64,000 nucleotides of DNA from Patescibacteria group bacterium (GTDB taxonomy: Bacteria > Patescibacteriota > Minisyncoccia > Phycocordibacterales > GCA-2747955). The stretch covers positions 547,526 to 611,525 of the forward strand of contig JBLYPV010000001.1 of NCBI GenBank assembly GCA_048538215.1, given 5' to 3'. The notes under the pieces were generated by a model that saw only the letters and a list, made by a program, of their open reading frames with translations, made no database searches and was not told where the DNA came from. The number at the start of each line of letters is the position of its first letter. Positions within the stretch are counted from its first letter, which is position 1. Shown piece by piece: positions 1 to 10,600 of this stretch. Position numbers and translations under genes: made by a program.

Positions 1-364
1 TTTGGTACAGGTTGTGATGAGTATGTATTCGATAGAATAGTAAATGATCACTATTTAGGTAGTAAAACTATATGAATCATTCCATTCAAAAATCATATAA
101 GGGTCTGTACTAATTCACCTAAAAAAAGATTGTGATAAAAGAATATAAATCTTTAAAAAATTTGAAGTTAAAAAGATTATTATAAATATAAATTAGTTTA
201 TGATCTACTAGGTAAAACTACTTCTCTTAGAACTCTAAAACCTATATGTATAAGAAAATTTATTTTCAATATTTAAATTTACTGGAAGATAAAAATACTT
301 TTAGAAATGTTACTAATAAACTATTATGATAGAAATTTCAATTAACATATAAAGAGGATAACTT

Positions 365-1108
365 TTATTGAGAAATTTTAATGCCGATACGTGCAGTATG
401 ATCAATTCTACTTAATAAGATTTCATTACTCGTAAAATATTCGTCTACAGCCTTACGTGCACCTTCCCATGTTCCATAATCATCTATTATTAAAACTCCA
501 TTTTTACTTAAATTAGGATACAATACATCCAGTTCTTTTTTAGTTGATTCATACCAATCAGTATCCAGACGAAGTAAAGCAATTTTATCAGGAATATTTT
601 TACTCAATGTTATTTCCACTTTACCTTTCACATAGATAATTTTTTCTTGAGGAAAATTAGTAAGTTTCATATTATTCTTTACTTCTTCAATACTTGCATA
701 ACACCATTCATTATAATTTGCTTTTTTTGAATTACTCCATATTTCAAAAGTATTTTTAAAATTAGAACCAGCTATCACATCCACTTTTTTAGGTTCACTC
801 ATTCCTTCAAAAGTATCATATAAATATATTTTTCTATTTGTAATATTCTTATTTTCTAGAATATCAGCAATTAGCATCATATTTCCTCCTCTCCATACAC
901 CACATTCAACAAAATCACCAGGAATGTTATTATCAATAATATAATTAACAGCCTTATATAGAGCATAAAGACGTATTTTTGTTGTCATTGTATAAGTCTT
1001 ATACTTTTTATAAAGTTTTAAAAATTCTTTATCTATATCAATAACAGGATCTTTGTCTACTGGTCTAATAAGTTGCTTTAATCGACGTAGTAAATTTTTT
1101 ATATACAT
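365..1108 (-). CDS. TylF/MycF-family SAM-dependent (sugar) O-methyltransferase
   Basis: Motifs FVECGVWRGG and LRLDTDWYESTK are typical of the macrocin O-methyltransferase (TylF) family; AT-rich island. Confidence 0.6.
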   Translation of the reverse strand: MYIKNLLRRLKQLIRPVDKDPVIDIDKEFLKLYKKYKTYTMTTKIRLYALYKAVNYIIDNNIPGDFVECGVWRGGNMMLIADILENKNITNRKIYLYDTFEGMSEPKKVDVIAGSNFKNTFEIWSNSKKANYNEWCYASIEEVKNNMKLTNFPQEKIIYVKGKVEITLSKNIPDKIALLRLDTDWYESTKKELDVLYPNLSKNGVLIIDDYGTWEGARKAVDEYFTSNEILLSRIDHTARIGIKISQ

Positions 1109-1205
1109 AGATAGTGTATGAATTAATTATAGTTAGATTTCTATATAAAATTATTATAACTTATTCTTAGGATATTTAATAAATTAAAATAATTCCAATT
1201 TATAT

Positions 1206-1976
1206 TTAATGTATACTACTAAATATCATAGAAATTTTTTTTAATGTAGTTATAAGTTTTGAATTATTTTTAACTTCTACAATTTGTATACTATATTTAC
1301 TATTCAAATAGTCACAAATTTTCTTCTCTATAAGTTTAAATCTTTTGTTTGTCTCTATAAATTTTTGTTCAGTTAGATATTTCAAAATATGTGGTCGTCC
1401 TTTACTCCTAGATTCAGCCCTGTTTGTAGCAATAGAAATATCTGTGTCTAAAAAAATTATTGCTTTAGGTTTAGGTACTAATCTAAGATATTCCTTTTGT
1501 TTCAGACTAATATCTATTGATGAATTATGAATATAATAAAGAGAAAGAATTTTTTGAACTAGATATTCATCAATAAAAATTATTCGATTTTTATTGATAT
1601 CTTGATTTAAAAGTATGTGGTCAGTTATTGCGTCTTTAAATTTATCAATTAACCAAAATTTTTCAGCATTCTTTAGATCGCTTTCGTTAATTACATTTAA
1701 TATATGAGAAAGAAATAATTCTAACTCTTCCATATAACTACTACGAAGTAGTTGATCACGATAAAGATGGGTTATACGAGTGAGACGTAACTTAAAAGCG
1801 ATTTGTGGAGGAATATATCGTAATATTTTCGAAAAATGAACTTTAACCTCGGGACAATTTAATAAACCTCGAAATGCTGCAATTTCACCATTATCAAATA
1901 ATTTATTAAAAGTATAAATTTTTTTTACAAAGGTAGTTTTACCACTACCAGCTGGTCCTATAACTTCAATTATCAT
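1206..1976 (-). CDS. P-loop NTPase of unknown role (kinase/sulfotransferase-like) in glycan cluster
   Basis: N-terminal Walker A GPAGSGKTT; no other recognisable motif; sits in a carbohydrate-modification context. Confidence 0.4.
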   Translation of the reverse strand: MIIEVIGPAGSGKTTFVKKIYTFNKLFDNGEIAAFRGLLNCPEVKVHFSKILRYIPPQIAFKLRLTRITHLYRDQLLRSSYMEELELFLSHILNVINESDLKNAEKFWLIDKFKDAITDHILLNQDINKNRIIFIDEYLVQKILSLYYIHNSSIDISLKQKEYLRLVPKPKAIIFLDTDISIATNRAESRSKGRPHILKYLTEQKFIETNKRFKLIEKKICDYLNSKYSIQIVEVKNNSKLITTLKKISMIFSSIH

Positions 1977-1995
1977 ATATTTTGGTTATTCTACC

Positions 1996-2766
1996 ATGTT
2001 AAAGTTATTCTTCATGGGTGTTATATTATATAATATGCTTATGAAGAATCACAATATAAAAGAGTTTTATAATTACTTAGTTGATGGTGAGACATACAGA
2101 AAAGATTTTGAGTTTAATCGCTGGTTTATTCGGGCTCGCAACCGTGCTGAATATGCGATGACTTACATAGCTATAAAAGCTCATACAGCAAATCTTAAAT
2201 TTACAAACTGTCTAGAAGTAGGACCAGGTCCAGGTACATGGACTAGGCTTTTATATCGTACTAATCCAAAAGCAGAGTTTAATCTTGTAGATATTAGTGA
2301 AGCTATGAGGGAACAATTTTATTTGGAAATGCGAGATTTACCAAATGTAAAATATAGGGTACAGGATGTGATGGAATATAATGAGGATATTCAGTATGAT
2401 CTTTTCTTTTCTTCTCGTGCGGTAGAATACTTTGATGATAAGCCTGAGTTTTTTAAAAAGCTCTCAAAATTAGTTGTAAACAAAGGGAGAGGAGTAATGG
2501 TGACAAAAAATCCATATCACGGAGTACGAAAAGATAAAGGAGAAGCACACCAAGGGCAAATTCCTATGCCGAAAATGAAAGAGATGCTAGAAGATAATGG
2601 TTTTAGCAATGTGCGGTTTTACCCTGCGGTAATTCGTATTCCAATTATTAGTAGATTCACTTCAGAATTAGCTGAATATCTCTTTGAAAAGCGAATCAAT
2701 AGAGAAATAGATATACATAAAATTAATCGAATTGTAGAGAGTTATATTGTGACATTCACTAAATAA
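1996..2766 (+). CDS. class I SAM-dependent methyltransferase
   Basis: Motif I LEVGPGPGTWT followed by an acidic post-I residue (NLVDIS). Confidence 0.55.
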   Translation: MLKLFFMGVILYNMLMKNHNIKEFYNYLVDGETYRKDFEFNRWFIRARNRAEYAMTYIAIKAHTANLKFTNCLEVGPGPGTWTRLLYRTNPKAEFNLVDISEAMREQFYLEMRDLPNVKYRVQDVMEYNEDIQYDLFFSSRAVEYFDDKPEFFKKLSKLVVNKGRGVMVTKNPYHGVRKDKGEAHQGQIPMPKMKEMLEDNGFSNVRFYPAVIRIPIISRFTSELAEYLFEKRINREIDIHKINRIVESYIVTFTK

Positions 2767-2769
2767 GCT

Positions 2770-3825
2770 ATGCGTATATTCTATATTAGACGTGGTAGGC
2801 AAGATTTTTCTTTAATCAAACGAGTACACCATTCTTTTAATGATTTGTTGGAGTATCGAGATCAAGAAGGATTTTTTGATGCGTCTCTTGAGTATGCTGG
2901 AGAAGTAGAATATGTGTCATTGACGGATACTCAACGAATATTAGGTGAACAAAATTATGACTGGATTATTATCAATTGGAAACAACAAGGATTTAAAGAT
3001 TTAAATGATAGAGTGGAAGCTATTTTTAAATATTTAGGAAATACTAAAATAAATAAAGCCTTATTTATAAGTGCAGCCCGAGCTGATTATATGCTTCCAG
3101 ATTCCGTATTAAATAATTTTGATATTATATTTAAGCGAGAGCCGTATCGAGATAGAAATAAGTATAATATTTCGGATAAAAATAAAGCTAAGATTGTACC
3201 TACAATGATTCATTGTCCCTTTGTTCATTCTTCGAGAAATAATTTATTATCCAAAATGTTTCATTTAGTACGACCTATAATAAAGCCTTGCACAAAAGGA
3301 GAAGAAAAATATGAAGTAGGGTTCTCTGGAGCTGATGCGGCTGAACATTCCCTAAGAAGAGACGTATGGCAAAGAGTAGTAGATGAAGGATTTACAAAAA
3401 TAGGGGGGCTTCAACCCAATCCTTATACTAAAAGGCCTATACCAGAAAAATTAAAAGGCCCTAGATTGCGAGGTAAGGCCTATCGGGATTCTTTGTGCCA
3501 AGCGAAAATCAATCTAGCTCTTGATGGGATTGGAGAATATACTTTTAGACATCAAGAGCTTTTATATCTTGGTAAATTTATTTTGAGTAGCCCTACAATT
3601 CGTGATCTTGAATTGCCGATACCGCTTGAGGAAGGAAAGCACTATGTGGCCTTTGATGACCTGGATGATATGGTGGCTAAGATCCGCTACTACTTGGAGC
3701 ACGAAGAAGAGCGTAAGCAAATTGCACAGGCAGGCAAAGAATTGTTTGACACATACTACAACCCCGAAAAACATGGGCAAGAAATTAGAAAAGCCCTAAA
3801 ATCAAGTAACAAACTAGGATTTTAG
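2770..3825 (+). CDS. CgeB-like / GT1-like glycosyltransferase (DUF3880-type)
   Basis: C-terminal HYVAFDDLDDMVAKIRYYLEHEEERKQIAQAG resembles the GT1/CgeB C-terminal helix region. Confidence 0.4.
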   Translation: MRIFYIRRGRQDFSLIKRVHHSFNDLLEYRDQEGFFDASLEYAGEVEYVSLTDTQRILGEQNYDWIIINWKQQGFKDLNDRVEAIFKYLGNTKINKALFISAARADYMLPDSVLNNFDIIFKREPYRDRNKYNISDKNKAKIVPTMIHCPFVHSSRNNLLSKMFHLVRPIIKPCTKGEEKYEVGFSGADAAEHSLRRDVWQRVVDEGFTKIGGLQPNPYTKRPIPEKLKGPRLRGKAYRDSLCQAKINLALDGIGEYTFRHQELLYLGKFILSSPTIRDLELPIPLEEGKHYVAFDDLDDMVAKIRYYLEHEEERKQIAQAGKELFDTYYNPEKHGQEIRKALKSSNKLGF

Positions 3826-3844
3826 TAGAGGTAATCGTACGGAG

Positions 3845-5089
3845 CTACTTAATATGACGGAATATGCTTATTACAAATAAGCTGTTGACCATTTCTGATA
3901 TGAGTATGGCATAGACTGCCCCCCAAATTCCATAAATAGGTAAAAGAATATAGAGTAAGGTAAGCTTAAGCCCCACACCACTTATTTGGAAAATATATAA
4001 CCAGGTCGTTTTTTCGTGAGCTATAAGAGTTTGACCATAGACACTAAAAGGGAGTACTAGGATACTGAGAGCTAGTATTTGTGAAATGATGACCGACTCT
4101 GGGTATTGAGGGAAAATCAGACCGAATATTAAGGGAGCTAATATTATATATGATAAGACAATTGCTGATACAATACTAAAAAAGAGCCACACTTTATGAG
4201 GGAGGGTATATTGTAAGGAGGTAAAATCACGCTGAGACACCTTGGGGAGTACTAGTGATTGTACTACCCCTAGCATATTTTTTGTGTACTTGGTGGGCAT
4301 TTGAGCAATGGTGTAGGTGGCGACGGCTATAGCTCCAAGGTGATGATAGACAAGCACCTTATCAATATGTTGTGCGACTCGTCCTGCAAGTTGCATAATA
4401 CTGAGGTGCTTGCTAAAGAGAGTTTTACCCCTAAAGGTATCTATTCTTGGTGGATTAAAGTAGTATAGAGTAATAAAATAGCCAGTAGTTACTGCTATAA
4501 GGTGGCCAGCAAAATACGCAGTAATTAAGATAAGTGGATTTTGTGTAATAAGCACTGTTCCAATAAGAATAAAGGTAGGGATTATCATCCGAAAAACATT
4601 TATAAAGGCACTAAATTTATAAGCTTGCTTGCCAATAATAAATGGTCGATAGAGGTGAAAACTTTCAATGAAAGGGGAAAAAGTGCCCACAATTAGAAAA
4701 GCAATAGCTAAGGTGGAGTTGTCATTGATAAAGTAGTATAGAGCTATCGAAAGGCTTGCAAGTGTGATACCTATATTCCACTTGAGCTTAGTGCGTACTC
4801 CACTCCACAGAGCCCCATCATTCCCCCGGGCTGTTTCGGTTGTAACGGTAGTGGCTAATCCCGTGAGAGTAAAAGCTCCTAGGATAGTCGCGGTAGAGAT
4901 TATAAATTGATAGAGCCCAAGATTTTCTTTATCTATTAGATTAGCCAGTATGATAACAGTAAGTGCTCCTAAGCTTAATTCAATAAAAGATCCAAGGCTG
5001 AGCCAAAAGCCACCATGGGCAAGATAGCGGGTATCAGTGTGTGTATAGCGATTGAGCTTATCAAAAATGGTATCGATGTGGGTACGCAT
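3845..5089 (-). CDS. Wzx-like oligosaccharide flippase (MOP superfamily polysaccharide biosynthesis protein)
   Basis: About 12 predicted TM helices; N-terminus (RYTHTDTRYLAHGGFWLSLG...TETARG) is typical of Wzx/RfbX; paralogous to 6904-8142. Confidence 0.6.
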   Translation of the reverse strand: MRTHIDTIFDKLNRYTHTDTRYLAHGGFWLSLGSFIELSLGALTVIILANLIDKENLGLYQFIISTATILGAFTLTGLATTVTTETARGNDGALWSGVRTKLKWNIGITLASLSIALYYFINDNSTLAIAFLIVGTFSPFIESFHLYRPFIIGKQAYKFSAFINVFRMIIPTFILIGTVLITQNPLILITAYFAGHLIAVTTGYFITLYYFNPPRIDTFRGKTLFSKHLSIMQLAGRVAQHIDKVLVYHHLGAIAVATYTIAQMPTKYTKNMLGVVQSLVLPKVSQRDFTSLQYTLPHKVWLFFSIVSAIVLSYIILAPLIFGLIFPQYPESVIISQILALSILVLPFSVYGQTLIAHEKTTWLYIFQISGVGLKLTLLYILLPIYGIWGAVYAILISEMVNSLFVISIFRHIK

Positions 5090-5169
5090 ACTAGAATTGT
5101 AATGTTCTTATTATATCAGGTATACTAGCTATACTTCTAATAGATATAGGGTATTGTAAGATATACAAA

Positions 5170-6009
5170 ATGAAATCAATTAAGAAAATAGTAGAGCAAC
5201 CTCGCCCATTTAGATTTATAATAAGTTTCATATTGTTGCGACTAAATTTGTTTGTTCCAATACGGCTGATATTTTATAAAGGTAATGATTTTGTGATCAA
5301 GACTCGTCTGTATCCATCCTCTGCTACTCATCAAATTTTCACCGGTAGGAATAATCACAATTTTGACTTTGCTATTTTTCGTAAGTATATACAAAAGGAT
5401 AGTGTGGTATTTGATGTGGGAGCAAATATTGGCTTGTTTAGTATTTTTTTTGCCAAACTCGCTCCTCTTGGTAAGGTGTATGCTCTTGAGGCAACCGAAA
5501 GTAGCTTTATATATCTCATAAAGAATATTGCACAAAATACAATTAAAAATATTTTTCCTATATATGGGGCGGTATCTGATACTCGAGGGACAGTATCATT
5601 TTTTGAACATACTTATTCACACGAACAGGATTATATAGATATATCTGGCACAAAAGGAAAGGCAGTTTTGGCATTACGATTAGATGATGCCATGCAAATG
5701 ACGGGCGTTTCTCAAATAGATTTTCTCAAAATAGATATTGAGGGAGGGGAATTAATGGCATTAAAGTCACTAGGAGAAAGAATTAAAGATGTGGAAGTGA
5801 TTTATTTTGAATGCATGGAGAAACACTTAGAGAGATTTGGCTATACTCGAAATGAAATAGTCTTCTTTTTAGAAGATAATAATTTTGTTGTGCATATACC
5901 AACACTTGGGGCAGATGGAGATATTGCCATTGAGCCATATGCTGAAAATGGAGCTTTTGGCAGAGATATGCTGGCTTTCAATAAAAAATATATAAATAAA
6001 AATGATTGA
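5170..6009 (+). CDS. FkbM-family methyltransferase
   Basis: FDVGANIGLFSIFF motif and overall FkbM layout. Confidence 0.6.
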   Translation: MKSIKKIVEQPRPFRFIISFILLRLNLFVPIRLIFYKGNDFVIKTRLYPSSATHQIFTGRNNHNFDFAIFRKYIQKDSVVFDVGANIGLFSIFFAKLAPLGKVYALEATESSFIYLIKNIAQNTIKNIFPIYGAVSDTRGTVSFFEHTYSHEQDYIDISGTKGKAVLALRLDDAMQMTGVSQIDFLKIDIEGGELMALKSLGERIKDVEVIYFECMEKHLERFGYTRNEIVFFLEDNNFVVHIPTLGADGDIAIEPYAENGAFGRDMLAFNKKYINKND

Positions 6010-6907
6010 CGACAAACAAAAACAAAAAAATATTTTTCGTATTACCGGAGGCTTGGGCAATCAGATGTGCCAGTATGCTTTTATGTATCAAAGGAGTAGG
6101 AAGAAGGGCGTAGATATGAAATTAGATATTACTTCATACAAAATTGCTCGATTGATGGGGTATGTCAATCACCATGGCTATGAATTGGATCGCATATTTG
6201 GCATTAAGGAGCGAGCAAGTATAGGTGAAATTATCAAGGTAGGCGGCTTGCAATATTATCTGCAAGTTTTGGCTCGCAAGCTTGGACTGATACCAAAAGT
6301 GGTAGGTGGTAGTAAGGTATGTGTAGAAAATAATCCCAGAGATTCACATAAGTATATATCTTCGTACCAATCCAATAATTGCAGATATTTTCAAGGATTT
6401 TTTGAGCACTATAAATATTATTATGAATATAAGGATGAATTAGGAAAAATTTTTACTTTTCCTAATTATCAAGATGAAAGAAATATACAACTTTCCCAAG
6501 AGATAGAGGTGAGTAATTCAGTGGGTATACACTTACGGAGAAATGATAAGGGTGAGTTTTTCCATAATGGAGATGCTGGTGGGCTAGATTATTACAAACA
6601 TGCCATTGAATGGATACGCAGGCATACCGATAATCCTACACTATATATATTTTCTAATGATCCAGATTGGTGTAAAAAAATTTTAGAAATCAAAGACGCA
6701 CATTATATATCGCACAATCAGGGTGACGATGCCTTTCGGGATATGCAACTTTTATCAGAATGTAAGCACTTGATAGTAGCTAATAGCACTTTCTCTTTCT
6801 GGGCGGGATTGCTCAAGATGCAGAAGGCGGGCTATATTATATGCCCAAAAATTTGGAATAAAACGAGAGATGGCCACCCGGCTCCAAAAGAATGGGTGCG
6901 AATCTAA
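6002..6907 (+). CDS. GT11-family alpha-1,2-fucosyltransferase-like glycosyltransferase
   Basis: Signature GGLGNQMCQYAF near the N-terminus is the GT11 (FutC/WbsJ) motif. Confidence 0.6.
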   Translation: MIDDKQKQKNIFRITGGLGNQMCQYAFMYQRSRKKGVDMKLDITSYKIARLMGYVNHHGYELDRIFGIKERASIGEIIKVGGLQYYLQVLARKLGLIPKVVGGSKVCVENNPRDSHKYISSYQSNNCRYFQGFFEHYKYYYEYKDELGKIFTFPNYQDERNIQLSQEIEVSNSVGIHLRRNDKGEFFHNGDAGGLDYYKHAIEWIRRHTDNPTLYIFSNDPDWCKKILEIKDAHYISHNQGDDAFRDMQLLSECKHLIVANSTFSFWAGLLKMQKAGYIICPKIWNKTRDGHPAPKEWVRI

Positions 6908-8142
6908 GTGCTCTGGTGAGTGAAATATATCATCAGGAGGTATTCGAGCGACCAGGCGATGAGCAAGGCAAGGATAGCGCCCATGATGCCAAGGGCGGGG
7001 ATGAGGGTAAGAGTGAGGATGATTTGCAGAATAGGCACCGATAGTGAAACAGTGCGGATGGCTTGGCGCATCTTTTTGGCATTGAGGTAGCCACGAAGCA
7101 CCATTCGAGGCACGAGAAGCACCATAAGCATGGCAAGTATGGAGAAGTCCACCGCCTCAGAGTATGTAGGGAAGAAGAGAGCAAAGATGTAAGGAGCCAG
7201 GAGGGCATATAAGAGCCAGGTGGCGATTAATACCAGCTCAAATTTGAATATTTTACGGAAGAGAGCAGGCACATCGATTTCTTTTTGAGACATTCGAGGA
7301 GTGGCTACTTGATTAAAAATAGATCCAAGGCGATTGAATTCCATAGGAATCATCATCGCCACTGCATAGACCGCAGCTTCCACATCTCCCATAAAATACC
7401 ATATGGCCACTATGCCAATTTGCGTAGCAATGGTATTGGGAGTGGCATTATAAAGAGTGAGATACTTGCCATAGGCAATAGCATCACCATCTATATTTTG
7501 GGGGTAGCGATGATGCTTTTTGGTCCATAGATAGCCAGCGTATTGCATGGCAATAGTGGCAATCATATAGGCGGCTATTAGATAGGTAGCGGTGGGAGCA
7601 ATGAAAGCAGTGCCAATCATTACTATCATAAATATCACCCGGGCCGCTGCTTGAGTGAGTGCTGCCTGGTCAAACAATTGCTTGCCTTGGAGGTAAAAAA
7701 AGTAGCTAAAGTATACGCCGTATAGGGGCATAAAGGCGCCCACTATGGCAAATGAATAGCCCAAGCTTGTATTCGCCTGGTAAAAATAATAGGCGCTCAA
7801 AAGCCATGCAAAGAAGGTAGCAAGCAAGCCCCATTTGATGCGTACGCGCACTATAGTATCAAGCTGTCCTTCGTGTCCACGAGCAGTAGATTGCACAAGG
7901 GCTGTCTGCATTCCCGGCAGAGTGAAGATTGCCAGAATGAGTATGATGGCGATGATAAAGCGATATTCGCCGTATTCGCCCTTGTCTACCATATTCGCGA
8001 GTGCCACCATTACGATAAATGCAGAGAGTGAGGTAGCGAGCTGTCCGAGGAAGACCCAGCTAGAATTTTTGGCAAGGTAGACCATATCTGTGCGGGTATA
8101 GCGCTCACTCCAACGCAAGAGGCGTACAATAGATGCTTTCAT
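6904..8142 (-). CDS. Wzx-like flippase, second paralogue (higher GC)
   Basis: Same N-terminal pattern (RYTRTDMVYLAKNSSWVFLGQ...STARG) and multi-TM layout as 3845-5089, but host-like GC. Confidence 0.6.
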   Translation of the reverse strand: MKASIVRLLRWSERYTRTDMVYLAKNSSWVFLGQLATSLSAFIVMVALANMVDKGEYGEYRFIIAIILILAIFTLPGMQTALVQSTARGHEGQLDTIVRVRIKWGLLATFFAWLLSAYYFYQANTSLGYSFAIVGAFMPLYGVYFSYFFYLQGKQLFDQAALTQAAARVIFMIVMIGTAFIAPTATYLIAAYMIATIAMQYAGYLWTKKHHRYPQNIDGDAIAYGKYLTLYNATPNTIATQIGIVAIWYFMGDVEAAVYAVAMMIPMEFNRLGSIFNQVATPRMSQKEIDVPALFRKIFKFELVLIATWLLYALLAPYIFALFFPTYSEAVDFSILAMLMVLLVPRMVLRGYLNAKKMRQAIRTVSLSVPILQIILTLTLIPALGIMGAILALLIAWSLEYLLMIYFTHQST

Positions 8143-8632
8143 AGGAGTATTGTATCACTTTTAGTACTTTCTTAAGAAGAGGTGTAATGTGTAATTTTTG
8201 TATGGGACTAACACAGGAAGAAGAGAGGGGATCAAAAGGCAGTGGCGCGAGCAGTCCATAAGATTTTTAATTTGCTTCTTAAAAGGAAACAAAGCTTTAT
8301 TTTAGATGGCAGCTTGTCTAATCACAAGAATGCAAAGCAGAATATTGAGCGTGCCTTTAGCCGTGAATAGAAAAAACATCACTCAAGCTATCGATGGCTC
8401 TATCAAAAAACAAAAGGAGGTGATGCATAAGGCAGAAATGATTAAATAAAAAAATATCAGGGATGGTATTTTTTATTTAATGTAAGGGGGTGACAAATAA
8501 GGAGATAATCGTATCGCTGATAAAAGAAAAGTATGGGGGCGAGTGAATAGGGGGGAGCTACTGCCAGTAATGGGAATGGCGTTGATAACGCTGTGGCGCT
8601 CGTGTGCTCAAAGATGATATACTAGAATCACT

Positions 8633-10051
8633 ATGGCAATGCCTTCTCGCCGAATGATTTTGAGCCTCATTTTTATAGGATTCGTGCTATTTGTATTGGG
8701 GGTGCTTGTGTGGTATTTTAGCCCAGCTTTTTTTGGTCCGAGCACGCAAGATGGTGATAGCGGAAGGGGCGGAGGTATCAATCTATTTCCTTTTGGTGAC
8801 AGTGGGGGCGAAGGAGATCAGGGAGCAGGAGGGCAAGTGGTAGACCAGGGAGATACAGATACTCAAGATAAAGAGCAGGATCTTGGGCGTATGCCTCGCT
8901 TGCGGATGGTGAGCAAGGGGCCAGTGATTGCGGCTACGATGAGCCAAGCTTCATCGCATAGTGGTATCGTGGGGCCTTCGGCTACAAGCACTAATGATGC
9001 GGGGATAGAAAATAGTATTCGCTATGTAGAGCTGGGCACAGGGCATATATATGAGGCATCTACTTTTAATCGAGACATTACTCGGCTCTCCAATACCACT
9101 ATTCCTCGAATCAATGAAGCACAATTTGTGACACTAGATCGTATCTTGATGCGCTACACTGATGACTTGGGGAATTACAAGCTTTTCTCTGCTGAATTGG
9201 CTGATAACGCATCTCCAAGCGCCTCTACTCCCAAGCGCTTGCAGGGTATTTTCTTGCCCGATGGAGTGCGCTATATAGATGTGAGCCCTGAAGGAAAGCT
9301 GGTGTGGCTTCAGAATATGAGCAATGGTGTGCGTGTGGTGACCACCAATGCTCTCGGAGAAAATCAAAAACAAATATACTCCTCACCACTTTCTGAGTGG
9401 CGGATCGGCTGGTATGGATCAAATAATGAGGTGCTACTCCAGAGCACTCCTTCGTATGAGAGCTATGGAATGGCCTATACTTTAGATGCATCAAATGGAA
9501 GCTTGCGCCCTTATGGAGAAGCGCGCAAGGCACTAGGGGTGCTTCCTACCCCTGATCGTAAGCGAGCGCTCGTATCACTCAAGGCGGATGGACAGACACG
9601 ACTTTTTCTTTGGCGACAAGAGAGTAATGAGTATGTAGATCTTACCCCTCGTACTTTTGTCGAAAAATGTGTGTACGCCTCGGTACGAGATGAATTTTAT
9701 TGCGCAAGCCCGATAAGCCCTATAGCTCGTGCAGAGCCAGATTTGTGGTATCAAGGAGTGAGTAGCTATCGAGATGATATTTGGGTAATAGATGGACAAA
9801 CAGGGGCATCTGAGCTTGCACTAAGCCCTAGTGGACTCAGTGATGATCCAATCGATATTATTGATTTGGCCATTTCACCTGATGAGCAATTTTTGTACTT
9901 TCGAGATAAAGATACTCGCTCACTTTGGACATTCCAGATTGATTATATTCGCGGAAGTACTGAATCATCTAATTCGAGTGAGGTAGAATCGGCATCTGAG
10001 CCAGATTCTGGGCTAGACGCTGATACCGACGAAGAGCCATTCTTTGAATAG
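8633..10051 (+). CDS. membrane-anchored/secreted hypothetical protein (possible beta-propeller), acidic C-terminus
   Basis: N-terminal TM helix, Gly/Asp-rich linker, long beta-rich body, acidic tail. Confidence 0.4.
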   Translation: MAMPSRRMILSLIFIGFVLFVLGVLVWYFSPAFFGPSTQDGDSGRGGGINLFPFGDSGGEGDQGAGGQVVDQGDTDTQDKEQDLGRMPRLRMVSKGPVIAATMSQASSHSGIVGPSATSTNDAGIENSIRYVELGTGHIYEASTFNRDITRLSNTTIPRINEAQFVTLDRILMRYTDDLGNYKLFSAELADNASPSASTPKRLQGIFLPDGVRYIDVSPEGKLVWLQNMSNGVRVVTTNALGENQKQIYSSPLSEWRIGWYGSNNEVLLQSTPSYESYGMAYTLDASNGSLRPYGEARKALGVLPTPDRKRALVSLKADGQTRLFLWRQESNEYVDLTPRTFVEKCVYASVRDEFYCASPISPIARAEPDLWYQGVSSYRDDIWVIDGQTGASELALSPSGLSDDPIDIIDLAISPDEQFLYFRDKDTRSLWTFQIDYIRGSTESSNSSEVESASEPDSGLDADTDEEPFFE

Positions 10052-10103
10052 GAGGGTAATTGTAAGTTTGATTTCCTCGTGGTAATATTCTCGTCGTCGC
10101 CAC

Positions 10104-10176
10104 TGCACCTGTGGTGAAATGGATATCACAACGGTCTTCGGAACCGTCGTTCGGGGTTCGAATCCCTGCAGGTGCA
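10104..10176 (+). tRNA. tRNA-Arg (anticodon UCG)
   Basis: Cloverleaf folded by hand: acceptor tgcacct/aggtgca, anticodon stem acggt/accgt with loop cttcgga, T-arm cgggg-ttcgaat-ccctg; followed by hairpin terminator. Confidence 0.7.
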
Positions 10177-10181
10177 CAAAT

Positions 10182-10206
10182 AAAAAGCCAGTATGGCTTT
10201 TTATTT
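10182..10206 (+). terminator. hairpin + T-run after tRNA-Arg
   Basis: aaaaagcca-gta-tggcttttt then T-run. Confidence 0.5.
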
Positions 10207-10238
10207 TGTACCAAAAGAAAGCAAACTGCTTTGCTTTC

Positions 10239-10300
10239 GGGGGATTCGAACCGGCGGAGCCATACACAACTGACTCGGTCGGGTACGTCAGTTGTGGGGC
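10239..10300 (-). other. tRNA-like T-arm fragment (ggttcgaatcc) plus 10-bp inverted repeat; unresolved structured element
   Basis: Minus strand reads gccgg-TTCGAAT-ccccc (consensus T-loop, but 2 central stem mismatches); adjacent cacaactgac...gtcagttgtg 10-bp stem; no full cloverleaf could be folded. Confidence 0.3.
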
Positions 10301-10600
10301 GAGCCGCGTCCAACGGTTCTTATTGAGCGTAAGCGACAATTAGAAACCGTGGGATCGTGTCCTAGAGATGCACAAAACTAAGAAAACACTGTGTGAGCAG
10401 TGTTTTCTGTTTGGTTTGTAGTGTTTGCAGGGAATCGGGGGCAAGTTGCTAAGCTCATTTCCTCACTATCGTTTGTCATTTGCTAAGCACTTCCTCCCCG
10501 GGCTCGATCGTGCTTTTGCACATATCTGCGCCTTTTGATTATCCACGCAAGCAAAGCAGTTTGCTTGCTCCTCCCACAAAAATACTTCAGTACTTTTTTG

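Noticed and set aside
1345-1530. 61-aa + strand ORF inside the P-loop gene
   Set aside because: Antisense and fully nested in a better-supported ORF.
10237-10600. tmRNA spanning the tRNA-Arg to tRNA-Gly spacer on the minus strand
   Set aside because: The size (~360 nt) and a TTCGAAT T-loop at the putative 3' end are suggestive, but the T-stem is mismatched, no CCA-proximal acceptor pairing with a GGGG 5' end could be found, and there is no tag ORF.
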